Shown piece after piece: positions 1 through 13,840 of a stretch of DNA of 64,000 nucleotides. A model generated the notes under the pieces. It saw nothing but the letters and a program-made list of their open reading frames with translations. It was not told where the DNA came from and ran no database searches. Source of the stretch: Rhina ancylostomus (taxonomy: Eukaryota); assembly GCA_030265395.1 (NCBI GenBank), contig JARFYF010000064.1, forward strand, positions 4,735,286 through 4,799,285. The letters are read 5' to 3'. Position numbers and translations under genes: made by a program. Each line of letters opens with the position of its first letter. The first letter of the stretch is position 1.

Positions 1-245
1 GGAATTTCTTCAGCCAGCGGGTGGTGAATCTGTGGAATTCATTGCCACAGACGGCTGTGGAGGCCAAGTCATTGGGTATATTTAAAGCAGAAATGGATAG
101 GTTCTTATTATGAAAGGCGTCAAAGGTTATGGGGAGAAGGCAGGAGGATGGGGTTGAGAAGAAATAATAAATCAGCCATGATCGAATGGCAGAGCAGACT
201 CGATGGGCCGAATGGCCTCATTCTGCTCCTATATCTTATGATCTT
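1..245 (+). mobile_element. CR1/HER1-type LINE 3' end (in LDB3 intron)
   Basis: ORF2 C-terminal remnant (NFFSQRVVNLWNSLPQTAVEAKSL) followed by the typical elasmobranch CR1 tail 'atgggccgaatggcct..ttctgctcctat..cttatg'. Confidence 0.85.
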
Positions 246-949
246 CATTCCTGTTCCACCAGCACTATAAATACACTCATGGAACCAGCCCCTTCACCTC
301 CCTTTTATCTAACAGATCTCCCAAGTCGGGATTAGCCAGCCCTTCAGTTCAAAATTCTACACCTTCCTGCTCCTTGCACGTTTCTGTACACCAGTATGTA
401 CAACAGTGTGAATTCACAAAGTTACATCTCACTTCAAAAACTTGGAGAGACACTTAAGCTCATCTCTAATACTCTCCCAAAGGTCCTTTGGTACATTTCT
501 CTTTCCATACAAGTTCACGTTTTGATGAGTTAAGGAGTCCATTCATCAGACGGGTGGTATTGAATGGAAAGGGCAGGTTTTACCAGGTAGTACAGCCACA
601 AAGTTCACTGGAACTTGCGCAAACTACCTCTAGCATGTGAGACGTCTGGTTCTCTTCATCTGCTCAGTCTCTCAGAGGGCGTGCTCCATTGCCCTACAGT
701 GAAGTTGCTTACTAAGTCACAACAGGAACTGAGCAAGAGCGGCTGTTTTACTTTCTGGGTTACAAGTGACCTTGGCAGGGCGGCAAGAACATGTTATGGT
801 GTTTGCCAAGCTCAATGCAGTACATTGAGGCAGCTCCTCTATTAATTGAGGCGTACTTTTGTTTTCTTGTTTCTGGTGTTCTTTATTTAAAATGGTTATT
901 TGCCTTGTGTTTCATTTTCTTTTATCCTTGCTGATAAAGCCGGAAGTGA

Positions 950-1099
<150 letters not shown>

Positions 1100-1145
1100 T
1101 AGCAGCCTCCTGAAGCCACAGACATTGATTAAAAAGCATGTAAAT

Positions 1146-1430
1146 GCGGCACAGCCAGTAGAGCCGCTGCCTCACAGCGCCAGAGACCCAGGTTCGATCC
1201 TGACCTTGGGTGCTGTCTGTGTGGAGTTTCCACCTTCTTCCTGTGACCGGGTGGGCTTTCTCTGGGTGCNNNNNNNTCGTCCCACATCCCAAAGATGTGT
1301 GGGTTCATGGGTTATTTGGCTGTAAGTTGCCCCTAGTGTGGTAAAATCTGAGGGGAGCTGATGGGAATGTGGGGAGAGTAGGATAAATGGGATTAATGTA
1401 GGATCAGTGTAAGTGGTAGGTAGATGGTTA
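1146..1430 (+). mobile_element. HE1-like tRNA-derived V-SINE, 3' tail missing
   Basis: tRNA-like head with B box GGTTCGATCC, V-domain 'gtctgtgtggagttt...cctgtgacc..gtgggctttctctgggtgc...tcccacatcccaaagatgtg'. Confidence 0.85.
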
Positions 1431-1443
1431 ACACGAGTGCAAA

Positions 1444-1529
1444 GTCTCCTCCATCTTTTGTGCGGCTATAAGAACGTTGTGCTGGCTCTGCGTACAAACC
1501 TGGGTGTGCCCCCAGAGCGAATGTACCAC
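1444..1529 (+). repeat. Copy 1 of an 86-bp local duplication (copy 2 at 3408-3493)
   Basis: Ungapped manual alignment with 3408-3493: 76/86 identical. Confidence 0.9.
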
Positions 1530-2370
1530 ATCTCTCTCTGATTCTAACTCTCTTGAAACAGAAATTGCCGAAACGTAATTACAACACCTTGTTTACATGC
1601 TGCAGCATTTTCTGTTTGTATTTAAGACTTCCAGCGTCTGCAGGTTTTTGTAATAAACAGGATGTTCATTTTCTGACCTTCCCAATGAACAAGATGCAAA
1701 ATTGGTCCATTTCCAGCTCACAGCAGATACAGAAGTGGAAGGGATCTGTTTAAACATCGTTGACTGGAGATTCACCCCAGTCAGTAGGACTGATCACACG
1801 TTTGGTGATGCTGAGCAGTGCACCCCATCTCCACAGTTCAGTTCCACAGAACCATCATTCCAGTAGTAGAGCGAATCACTACTGCTGCCACTTAGCACAT
1901 TACACGATAGGCATATGTACAGGGTGGTGTTTCCACATAGCTTTCTGAGAGGAAGAGGGAATTAGTTTTACACGTGCTTGTCATGATAATTAGTTCATTC
2001 CTTTAGTATTAGATTGGTCGGTTAGAATACATGCAAAAGGTTTACGCAGTCAGCATGGTGTGAAATCCACCTGAGCCTGACTGTGACAGAGAGATGAAGA
2101 ACTTCCTCATTAGCACAGAAGGAAGATTGAAATAATTTGAGAGCCTTTACTCACATCCTGGTAGGTCCTGGGCCCGGAACTGGGTGCCTCTCATTCCTCC
2201 CGGACAAGCAGTGATGGCTACAGGAGGAAGGTGCACTCCACCTGAGGCTGCTGTGAAGTTGTGCATGAACCTTGGTGGTGGGATAAGAAGTATTCGTAGC
2301 TCCTGTTTGTACATTGACCTGCAGCAGTTAAAGTTTGATCCTTTAATGTTGTAATTTGCCTTTTTCTCAG

Positions 2371-2460
2371 GTGTGCCATGTGAACCTCGAGGGCCAGCCA
2401 TTTTATTCCAAAAAGGACAAGCCGCTCTGCAAGAAGCATGCTCACGCCATTAACGTTTAA
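2371..2460 (+). CDS. LDB3: LDB3 last coding exon
   Basis: Acceptor tttttctcag|; [29 protein letters not shown] (TAA 2458-2460), in phase 0 with the previous exon, completing LIM3. Confidence 0.95.
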   Translation: MCHVNLEGQPFYSKKDKPLCKKHAHAINV

Positions 2461-4390
2461 ACATCAGGGACCAGCAAAGGAAAGATCCTGGCGGAGAGAG
2501 CATAGCTCTTCCAACCAACAGAACCAACAACTGCCTTTTAAGTCTTTTTATTCTTTTTTTTTGTTTTAATGATGTTTCAAAAAATTTACCTAAGATTGTG
2601 AGTGATTGAAAGAAATTAGTTGCTGGGTGGGATGCACAGTCAGAACAGTATCATCCCCCAATGCTTTGTCAGGCATACTCACTACTAACAAAACACATTG
2701 CACATAACTGGAAAGTTTACAGAGTTAAGCTTGATGAATGCTATTCCTCTGATCCTGATTTGATGGCTATTTTTACTCAAAGCCAGCAGGTTTCCAATTG
2801 AATGATATATTGTCTGCACCTGCATTAAACAGCCATCTTTCAGACTGCATCTGCACTAACTGTGTTCAATGGCCTAGTCCTGTCCTTTCTTTATATATAA
2901 GTGCTCTGCCTGGCTCCTGGATTTAATTTGATACTCTTTGGTTTTCTGTGTCTTGTTTGAGTTTGTACATGGATTCATTGAACTGCCTTAGCTGAGCATT
3001 AACAATGTTTCAGATGCATTTTCTTGTTTAGATTTCTTTAAGACAACTACCTAAGGAGTAAAAGCCTTTTTGTGGGTATGTATGATCATGGCTGGCCTCC
3101 CAATTCTGTCCACAATTTCATGCCTACACAGTGTGGAGAGGGGAGGTAGAGTTTACCTGTTTGCAGTGTGGAGCAGACCGCACACGATTCCTTCAGTGCT
3201 GCAATCTCTGATTCCATATTTATGTTTAAATAGTTACCTAAAGCCTTAAAACAAGCCTGGGCAGGCTGGTCCTATGCCGCAAAGCAAACGGTATGCTCCG
3301 TAAGGCTAACTGGCATTTTTTTGTTAGCACTGCTGATTTTTTCTTTAATGCTGAGATACGCCGAAAATTGGTGTAACCAAGTTTAAGTGCAAATTACACT
3401 GAACTCAGTCTCCTCAATCTTTTGTGCAGCTATAAGAACAATGTGCTGGCTCCGCCTGCAAACCTGGGTATGCCCCCAGAGTGAACGTACCACTACTGGA
3501 AGTCTCTGCCACTTGCACTCTCTTGCAGGGCTTCGACAGGAGACAGTGATTAAACTGGCTGTTTTGGATGAGAGGATACAATTAATACCTATAATTTAAC
3601 AATGTTGTTATTTTAAACTTACTAAGGAGGTGTTGCTGTCCAATAATATCAGGCATATGGTTCATTTTTTAAAGTTGCTTTTTTTTTGAGTTACTTGCAG
3701 CTGATGGACAAGACACTCTGATTAAAAATACTTAGATTTCTCAAGTCACGTTAATCAAACAATTCCAAGTTACCATACTTATACAAAAAGAATATATTGT
3801 AAAGGAGTCTTTATATTACATTTTAACCTACCAGGTTGCTCTGCTTCATGGTAGGTTTTGTGTATGGTGACATGGAAACGAGTTTAAGCAGAAATGTGAA
3901 TTGAGTGCAGGTTCTCCTATAAGTGCTACCCCCACATTATTAGGAATTTATTCTTCCAAGAGATTCTTCCATTGTCCGCATTTGCCTATTTTGAGCTGGA
4001 CAAGCTGGAGGGATTTATAATTAATTAATTCTCTCAATTTATGGTTCCCTTAACGCTTCCCAAAAGGGTGGCGTTGATTGGGCCAGTTTATGTCTGGATC
4101 TGCCTTGGCTTTTTGTCGACTGGAGTCCGATAGAGATAAATGGAAATGGAATATCATTAGTTTGCCCACCCCCTTGTGTGTCACTTAATCACATACAGTA
4201 TTATGAGAAACTGTGGTAATAAGATATTTGTATTATTTTATTTCCTGAGTAACATCAAGCAGTGAGATTTTATCTCCTTTTAGTTTCTTAATATAAGTTA
4301 GTAATACACTGTAATATTCCTGCATTCAAACATAAACTAGTNNNNNNNNNNTTGCCTGGTAAAACATTAAAATAGTGTCTTGGTTTCTGA
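2461..4390 (+). other. LDB3: Probable LDB3 3' UTR; candidate polyA signal ATTAAA 4366-4371
   Basis: Repeat-poor, U-rich sequence after the stop. ATTAAA is followed by GT-rich 'gtgtcttggtttct'. The 3' end is inferred only. Confidence 0.5.
3408..3493 (+). repeat. Copy 2 of the 86-bp local duplication
   Basis: See 1444-1529. Confidence 0.9.
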
Positions 4391-6409
4391 GGTAGAGACA
4401 CATCATGTGCCCTGCTCAGTCGACCTGCTTCTTAAGCTGGCTGGCTTGCCCTGACCCCATTTATTCCAACATCTCTTTGATCATGTTACTTCAAGACTGA
4501 GTTCTCTGAATCTTTCCTCACCTGCCCCAAACTTGCCCTCATCTCTATTACGTTATAATGCAGTATGAAATGGTTCTTTGTATGTAATTAGTTCTATAGA
4601 AATCTAGATCATTGTAACTGTGACTCCACTACCCTCTGTATCTTGCTTCATTTCCATCCTCTACTAAGGTTTTTGCTTTAATCAAGAAACAAAATCTGCA
4701 GATGTGACAATCTGATGTAAACACAGAAAATGTTCGACTTAAGGTTCTTGTATTCCTCGTGCTGACAACTCTGATCCCCACCCCCAAACACCACAGTAGA
4801 TGTCTCCTCTCCTCTCCTCCTCCTCTCATGCTCTCTTTCACCTACAGACTCAGAGAAGGATTAATGCGCAGAACGAGGTCACTCTGTCTATTGCATCTCC
4901 ATTTCTGTTGTTTGTTGAAACATTAGGGTTATTTTTGCTTCCTCACAACAAAGAGAATGGCAAGATCACAAGTCACTGCCAACAAGCTATTGTAAAATTG
5001 GTCTGAGCAGCTTGTTCATGTGATGTATCTCTTCTGCTTATTAAACACAGTTTAAAAAGAGAGGAACGGAAGAAAATACTTTAGCTTCAATTCACAACTC
5101 TGAGAGATCAGCAAGGACCAAGGTGAGACTATTGAGCAATCTGTGAGTCAGTAGAAAGGAAACAACAGTGTGATTCAGTAAAAGAATGCAGCAGTGAGAC
5201 ACGGGTGCTGAAAAGAAGGCACTACTTCACCTTGATTTTTATTGACCTTGAAGATAATGGTCAGGATCCCAAGCCAAGCAAGGATGGATAGAAAGGCAGG
5301 CTTCTTTTTAATGTAAATAGTGAATTTTCACAGCACCATAAGGCAGGTGTTTATATGCTTGAATTATACATTAGAGGTACCTTCTGCATGATTTTTTATA
5401 TTCTGGCAGCTGTCTCCCCTTTGGGGAAATGGCACTCCTAACTGTGATTCACCTTGCCACGGGTGTCATTTCCCCATTATGTTTCACCTGTGTGATGATG
5501 TCATCATTGTGCACAGCACACAGTTCTCACTAACCTCTGTCGACTGCTACTCACTCACAGTAAAACAAAGAGTGCATTACACAGGGGGCAAGTAACTATG
5601 TGAATTAAAGGACCCTGAGGTGAGATGAATTTTATCGTCACTGACTCTCCCAAATCGATTTACAAATGCTTCCCTTTAACAGACAGTCTAAAGAAATCTT
5701 TGCATTAGATCCTACAAACTGAGGCCCTGGTGATCACAGCCCAGGGCTGACTGGGCCACCACAAGGTACGAAAGACCCCATTACCCAAAACTGCAGCCAG
5801 ATTACCCAGCACAGAATGTGTTAGGACCACTTACACGATGCTGATGGTGGGGACTGGTGCAAGACCCGTGGAATAAATGGGTGCAAGTTGCTAACCCTGT
5901 CAGATTCCAAACTGGGGCATGAGCACCAGGGACCAGATGTTGAGAGAAGAACTGATGGCACAAGCCTGAAGCTCAATGTGGTAGGCAGCTATAGAGAATA
6001 AATGGGTGAGCTGGGATGCAAAATAGTGAGGAGTAAGAGTGGAACAAAGAGGGTGAGCAAGTGGAGACCCTCAGGAGGCACTGTGGAGAATGGTCAGTAG
6101 TGTGGGGATTAGAAGACATCAGATCTAAAATGTAAACAGTCGGCGCAGTGGAACATAAAGGTGGTGTCACCTAGCTTCAGGAGAAACATGAATAACAATC
6201 AATTCAAGCATACTGCAAAGGAAATTGTAAAGAATAGGCATTTTAAGATCCATCTTACTGTATAGCAGTAGTCAACATGCATGTGCAGAAAATGTAATGG
6301 ATACAAAATTAACTACTACACTAATACTGCACCTGGTTTGTTATATTAATCCTTTCAAGGCTTAGACAAGTCTATCTAAAATCTTCTTTATCATCATCCC
6401 CCTGCAGAT

Positions 6410-6705
6410 TGGCCAAGCTTGTAACTCCTCTAACTTTTTTGTAACCCTCATCTGTTCACCTACCATTGGTGCTCATGTGTTCAGCTGCCTGGGCTTCTCC
6501 TCGGGAATTCCCTCAAGCATCCTGCTGCCCCACTCTTCATACCTGCCTGTCCATGTGTGACCTTTCTTAAAACCCATTTCTTTGACCGAAACCTTGTTTG
6601 CCCTTCTGACTCCTCCTTTGCCTTGCTGTTCATATTTTGATTTCACTTCCTGTTAGGGGTTGGGACTTGATACATGTTTAAAAAGTGAGTACAAATATAA
6701 GTTGT
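6410..6705 (+). mobile_element. Decayed L2-type LINE 3' end
   Basis: 'ccattggtg..c.tg..ttcagctgcctgggc...ggaattccctc...cttaaaaccca.ttctttgacc' and tail 'tacaaatataagttg'. Confidence 0.6.
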
Positions 6706-8384
6706 CCACAAATTGGACAACTTGTAATTGTACTGCAAATATTGTACCTTGTATTCATATCTTTAATTTGTCTGTGTTGATCGCTGACAGCTTCTCCCAT
6801 CTGTAAGCCTCTAGANNNNNNNNNNNNNNNNNNNNNNNNNNNNNNNNNNNNNNNNNNNNNNNNNNNNNNNNNNNNNNNNNNNNNNNNNNGGTGATGTACA
6901 TTTTTGCTGTTATGCGCTTATGGAACTTCTCAGTGGCACACCCTAGAACAAAACCTTTGGTGCCCTACAAATGCTTTACTTTCATAGTGCAGTCACTTTA
7001 ATGGATGAAAATCCACCAGTTCAGAGTGAGGTCCACACAAAAAAAAGAATGACCAGATCATTTGTTTCTGATAGAGTTAATTATGAAAGGAATTCAGATC
7101 AGAGGACTGGGAGAACACCCTGCTCTTCTTTAATTTGAATGCTTTTAAGTACAGTGAGCTCAACATCAAGCATTTACTGTGTTCACCTCTGGCAATCGGC
7201 ATTGAAGCAGAACAGCTGTATTTTTGAATTTGAAATTTGTTATAGCAATCGTCAACGACTATACAAAACAAGCTCAAAACTGAAATATTTCCAATTCAAA
7301 AATTCTGCAGCGGTGATTCCAGTCAGAGCCAAATAGGCAGGAGATCTTTTGTTGTTTTGGGAGCAAGTCAAATCTTTCAGAGTAAGAGGAGAGGATTTGA
7401 ACTTCAAGTGGTTACAGTAACAGGGCACAAACTAAATTAGCAATCTAAACAGACTACCAGTGGGTACTAGAGTGTTATATATTTTAATCTGAACAAGTTA
7501 TCTATACCCTATCAAACATTTACTCTAAGCACTGAATTTTACCATTCATCTTTGATTCATGTGACTGGGAAAGAGGTAACATGATTCTGTGGGAAATTGG
7601 GTTTGTATTAATCTCATCACATAGAAAGACAGAATAACCAGAAAATGAAACCAACTCTCTTTCCTTCTAACAATCATCCTCATAAGAAATATAAATGGGG
7701 AAAGGGAAGTGTGTTTCTATTATTATCCCTCAGATGGGATAGGTTCATCTCTTGTGATCAAGCAGCATGTATGTGGGTAAAGTTTTGTTGATGCATTGCC
7801 TGGGGAGAACTCAAGACGGATTAAACAAAATAGCAGAGAATGATGTGAGATTCAATCAGAAGTGTGCAAACCTTCCTCCCAGTTTTCCCTCTGTGTGCTT
7901 CCCAGTATTGAAAACATAAACTCACTCCACTTTCAAAGCTGTATCTCACAAGTTGATATGTTCAGAATCCAGATTGTGCAGAATGTTAATATGAAACGAT
8001 TGGAACTTTGAATTTTGCATGTAACTTTAAATATTTATGGGTTTGTTATTTATTTTATATATTTAGAAGTGTGACTAAAATATCTCAGTTCATGGTAGCT
8101 GCTATTGAATTCTCAGCATCCAGGTTTGTGATACGTTCAAATTTTAAGCGTCCAATATTTATTTGCCCTACAAATACAGTAGGAAAGAAGATTACAGCTG
8201 CTTAAACATTATGTTTAAAAGTTACCTGAACTGACAAGTTATTGTTGTCTGGTTTGTGATAAAAGCTTCTCCTGCTGTAGTTGCTTAAAGATAAATAGTG
8301 CAAGTTGGAAAATGCAGGGGCCTGTTCTCTGAGCCACCTTCTCTTTGAGCCCAGCTATCTGCTGTGAGCTATAGATTATAGAGT

Positions 8385-8670
8385 TTATTCAATATAAGTA
8401 ACCACATTGGGAGGGTCTGGAGTTACAGATAGGCCAAACTAGTTAAGGATGTTAGTTTTCCTCTCCTGAAGTTCATTAATAAACTTGATGGGTTTTTAAC
8501 AACAATCAGTAGATTTGTGGTCATCATTACTTAGACCAGCCGGTTTCCCAAATCAAACTGAATTTGAATTCCACTGTTGCTATGCTAAGATTGGAACTCA
8601 GGTCCCTGGATTGTTAGTCCAGATCTCTGCAATACTAATCTGGCATTTTAACAATTATCTCACTGCCATA
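8385..8670 (-). mobile_element. Decayed 5' (tRNA-like) portion of an abundant chondrichthyan LINE/SINE family
   Basis: Reverse-complement similarity to 45520-45830 and 63025-63290 ('ggactaacaatccagggacctgagttcc', 'aattcaaattc'). Confidence 0.55.
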
Positions 8671-9319
8671 GCTGAAACTGGTGAATGTGCAACTTGTTCC
8701 AGGCAGTCCTTGGTACAGAGTGAGACATTTGTGTGCTGATAATAGCAGTTTAAGGATGCCTCAATCTGCGGCCCTGACACTGCCACTTGTCATGGCTTCT
8801 GTGACCACCTGTGGTTTGGCTGTGAACTTGGCAGACTGCATGGACTGACAGTCTTGCCTGAGTAGCCACAGGCCAAAGTCCATCTGCTTGATTGCCAGTG
8901 ATATAATCTTACCATATCCTTTCAGGGGTGTTGTGGGGAGACCCAGGTGTTTTTAACCACCTACCCCACCCTGCATCACCCCTTCCCACCTCTGTTATTC
9001 ATAATCCAATCCTGTTTGACCACAATATTTCTCATGGGTCAGCGTGCAATTTCAGCTACAACTACGTGTACAACAGCTGTGTCTGAAACGAGCAGGTCAG
9101 GTTTTGACACTGCTTAAAAAGAGTAAATCAGATAACAATGTGATGTTAAACAATACACATCAAGTGTAACAAATATGGGGGAAATGTGATTTCTAAACAA
9201 TAATTAGTCTTCCTGTATTTTACCTCAAAATCTGGAGTCTAATATTAGACATCACCTAAAATGGCCCTAATGTTTTGTTTTGGAAACTATTTTTCTGAAA
9301 GATGATAAATAATGGAGAA

Positions 9320-9650
9320 AACTTGCAGTTCTCGAGTGCCTTTCACAACGTAAGGATACCTTAAAGCTTAGCAATGAATGAAGTACTTGTAAAGTGTTGT
9401 AGGTTAAAGAAATGGCCAATTTGCATTCAGCAAAGTCCCACAGAAAACAATGGGATAAATGACTAACTTAATGGCCATGTTAACTGTGGGATGTAAATAA
9501 CGATTCATTCAAAAACACAATTTCCAATAATGCTTCACATGCTCGGCACTGCACTGTAGAGGCAACTTAGATAATGTGCTCTTAAATGGTGCTCAAACTC
9601 ACAACTTTCTGCCTCAGTTGTGAGGGTCTTACTATTGAGCCGAGGCTGAT
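9320..9650 (-). mobile_element. Decayed SacSINE1/Deu-SINE-like element
   Basis: 'gtgcctttcacaac...aatgaagtactt..aagtgt..tgtagg...ggccaatttgca..cagcaaagtcccaca' plus reversed tRNA head 'ctcacaactttctg.ctcag...actgagcc'-like. Confidence 0.6.
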
Positions 9651-11029
9651 AATATTAGATGAGATTCTGATTGTTTGACAAAATAGACTTCCCTGAAAAG
9701 TGTTGAGATGATTGTTGATGAGGGATAATAATATTGTAGGCATTACATACAAAAATCAAACTGATTTATACCATGTGAGATATTGTGTCGATGGCTTAAA
9801 TCACATAAGTCCTTTGGGCATCATAATGCTTATAAATGTAGAGTTTTAAAATGCTGGAAACTAGCATCTATTCATAATGAGATAAAAATGTTTGTATGAT
9901 GGTGTTACATTTGATTTACAGAAGTCATGTTTGATAAGAAGCTTTACTTTTGGTTGTTTTTTATTCCATGTTTTACCTATTAGGAATGATATCTTTAAGG
10001 TCTAGTTGTCTGTGAGCAACGTCATTAGAAAACACCGTATGCTAGGACTTGGAAGTTGTACATGATCTGAAAGTTAACTTGCAGTAACACAATCATTAAG
10101 TTTGGGTAGTAATCTTGCAGGAAGATGGTGCAGCTCAGTAAATATATTTGTAGAAGCTGACGCTAATTGATATGATTTACATAATGCCTTGCACTGGGAA
10201 AACACCTGCAATTTTCCAGGGTTGATCACAATGAATTATTCATTGCAAGTTCCCAACCCATATTGGGCCTGGCACAAAGGAGCTGCCAAAAAGGAAAGCT
10301 GCATGCATCAGCAACTCTTAAAGGCTGCAGCTAACATTTAAAGGAACATGGCCTCTTAGATTATTGTATGCCGGGTAACAAAATATTGCCATCCTGGACA
10401 GAGGATCTAAATCTATAGAAGCAAAAAGGGTACCTTGCAATTATTAATAAGAGACAAGAAGTGCCGTGTTTGGCCAAACAACCAGAATTGTTCATTGGTA
10501 TGATGTAGTGTAGGGATACTGTCTGAGATGAGTTACTAAGAGACCCTGCAACCATCCATCCACTCCCAATGCCAAAGCCTTTTCCTTTCTCCCCTACATA
10601 GCTAGCATGCCCAATAGGAAATGCAGGAAGTGGCAGCAAAGGTCATTATTGATTATCTGGCCCACTCAATTTAGATCTGAAAGGAGATGGTAAGACTACC
10701 CAGCAGATGGCACAAGTAGTCACAGGCCAAGGTCACTCTATATTTAGAGTCAGCCCCATGGCCAAACCACACACAATTGCTTGCAAATTACAACTGGTAC
10801 CCCTGGCACCATTCATCTAACATAATAACACTCACAGCATGATGCAAAATCATCTGCCGACTCTGTAGAAAGGCTGCAGAGTGCCAGCTGAATGCTCTCA
10901 ATGCCTCCTCTGCTTTGGGAAATAAACTAATGGTGTCTTAGGCAGCCTGGTCAAGCAATTGCTGTCTTCACTGAGAATGTGGATCTAGAAACTCCTCAAT
11001 GACTGGAAAAGTACACTCAACCGATTTTA

Positions 11030-11540
11030 CCATAGAATTGTACAGCACAGAAATGAGCCTTTTCAACCCATCTCATCCGTGCTGCCTATGGTGCCTATCC
11101 ACGACAATCCCATTTGCCTGCATTAGGCCCTTAGCCATCTACTTTCCTATCCAAGTACTCAATGGAACACCAATNNNNNNNNNNGCCTCTACCACCACCT
11201 CTGGCAGCTCATTCCAGATAACCACCATCCTCCATGTGAAAAACTTACCCCTCAGATCTTCTTTAAGTCTGTCCTCTCTCACGTTAAACCTGTGCCCTCT
11301 CGTTCTAGACTACCGTGCCCTGGGAAAAAGACTCTCACTATGACCCTCATAACTCTGTAAAGTCATCCTCCAGGCTCCTACGTTCCAGTGTGAATAAACC
11401 CAGCCCGAGAGGTTCACCAGGATGTTGCCTGGAATATAGCTTTAAAAGTACAGCNNNNNNNNNNNNNNNNNATCTTCTGCATTCTCTCTATTGTTTAGCA
11501 TAGTGTCCAGGACTGTACACAATGCTCCAAGTAACTCGAT
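11030..11540 (-). mobile_element. CR1/HER1 LINE 3' fragment
   Basis: Reverse of CR1 ORF2 C-terminus and tail ('gcctctaccaccacctctggcagctcattccagataaccaccatcctc..tgtgaaaaacttacccctc'). Confidence 0.8.
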
Positions 11541-13840
11541 GGAGATGCCATGTCAGTTCTATTAACGACTTATAGCAATAACATTAAATCATGTGAAAGG
11601 CCCAAGATATCATGTGTGATAGTCCTTGCATGTAAGAGTGCACAAAAAGGTGCTAGCAGATGAGATCAGACAGGTCGGGGATTATTTTTAAGTGGGGTGG
11701 GAAAGGGAGGGATATTTCAGAATAGGTGGGGTTTGGTGAGGGCAGAGTTAGCAGCAAACTGGAAGGTTTTTTTGGAATATTGAGGAAAATAATATAAGGA
11801 GATGGGGCATTGAGGGAAAAGGTATCAAGGGGATCAGGATGTCATGGGGCAGGCACACGTTTGGAAAGTAGAGGGATCAGAAATTCATGAGGTGGATGTG
11901 TTCAAAGCCGTGAACAACTGGCAACGGTGGATTGGATGCACAATCTGGTGGTGCTAGAAGTTGAACAAATGATCACTTGGTGGGGGGATAGTCAGGGACA
12001 TGTTCATGGGCCCGAATGACAACAATGAAGGGCCAGGAGTTGTGGGTAGGTTGGGGGGAGGGATGGTTGTGGGGGTGGTGGGGGGGGCAGCACTTGGAAG
12101 CACCAAAGATACAAGGTGGGAGTAAACCAAGGAAAATTTTCCAGTGCTAAAGCCTAACAGAAGATCAATGCCTTAGAGTCTTTAGCCATGGACTAGGTAA
12201 GGCTGACCCTTTTAAATAATCCTCTGCATTTCCATTTAAGGCCTGTTTCTATGTGAGTGGCTGGTACAGTATGCAGAACTTGAGTGTACACATTTGAAAC
12301 AAAGTCACTGAAAAATTCATAGCAGCCGCCTTGTGTGTGCATGCATTCCATACAGAGAACTATTGAAACTGCATGATCTGCACCCAAAGGACATGATTCC
12401 ATTTAGCGATTGGGTTACAATATAAATCCCTTCCTTGCACACAAAAGTGTTGCAGTAAATTAAAAGAATTTGTTGAATGCAAAATAAGGTGGCACTGCTC
12501 AATATTTGCAGGTAGCATATTATCTAACAATGCTAGGAATCCAAATCCTGTTCTGAAAACAATAAAGTTCAGACAGGTGACTGACCCCAGTGGACATGTA
12601 TTCATGGAACATAAACTGGCTCAATCCTGACTCAGCACCTTTAACAGATCTATTCCCAAAAGTTTTTCCCAGTTTGGTAGGCTGGGGCAGTCAATATAAT
12701 TGGTGACCTCGTTTCTGGTCAGTCATGCTATGGTATCTNNNNNNNNNNNNNNNNNNNNNNNNNNNNNNNNNNNNNNNNNNNNNNNNNNNNNNNNNNNNNN
12801 NNNNNNNNNNNNNNNNNNNNNNNNNNNNNNNNNNNNNNAACCCTTCTTTCACCTTGTAGTAAGTCTGTCAATATAGAATTACTCATTAATTGGACTCGCT
12901 AACTGCCACAGGATTTTTCATCTTAACATCTTGCTCCTTCAGTTTTTTTTTACAACATATCTTCAAAAATATTGGCAATGCTTCACAGCTTGTTTGCCTA
13001 CTAATTTACAGATGTTTGGTTCTTGGGTTTCACGTAAATATTACACTTGAAAGAGAAAATAAGTGGTTTTTTTAAGAAATGCAATTAGTATAATTAAAAT
13101 GACCAACAAAATCAGTAATAGAAGTTGGTCTCAGATACACAGATAAAAGCTCCTTCATTGGTCATGAACTTTTAAATCCACATTAGACAGACAGGGAGGG
13201 AATGGACAAATCTTATCTTAACCAGGTGGAACATGTTTAAAATGGAGTTGTAGCTTTTGGCAAGACCATTTTTTGCCAGACTGAAAGGTCTGGTGTAAAT
13301 TTCAATTGAATATATCTGGATGTGAATCTGATACTGTAGATCCCAGCCAGTCCAACAGCAATTCTGCATCATTTCTGTCTTGTGCCTTAGATGCTTGGAT
13401 TTTTTTTTCCAGACTGCTTATTTCTAAAACCCAGCTTACTTGCAATCTGATGGTTCAGACAACAATTTTTTGTTAATTCAAAGATAGCTGTCTTTCAAAC
13501 CAAGAAATAACCAAGCTGGCTTGGTATGTATCTCTGCACATACAAAAGAGGAAAGTGTAAACCTAGAATTCAATTTAAAGGAACTCTTTCTGTCAGAGTT
13601 ATGCAATGAGTAATCCTTTTTCTAAAGTGAAAAGCAATTATTTCTGAGTCGTTTCATGACTTTCTGGAAATTCAAGCAGGCATTTCTTGGAATGAGCCAC
13701 CATTATGCCCCGATGTGATTTCTATGTTGGGACATATGATTATGTCATTCACAAACAATGTGCATTTTGGAACATTGTAGGTGAACTTGGACCATGTTGT
13801 CTTGGGGTACTTGTTGTTGGGCACTCCTGGGATAATGTGG

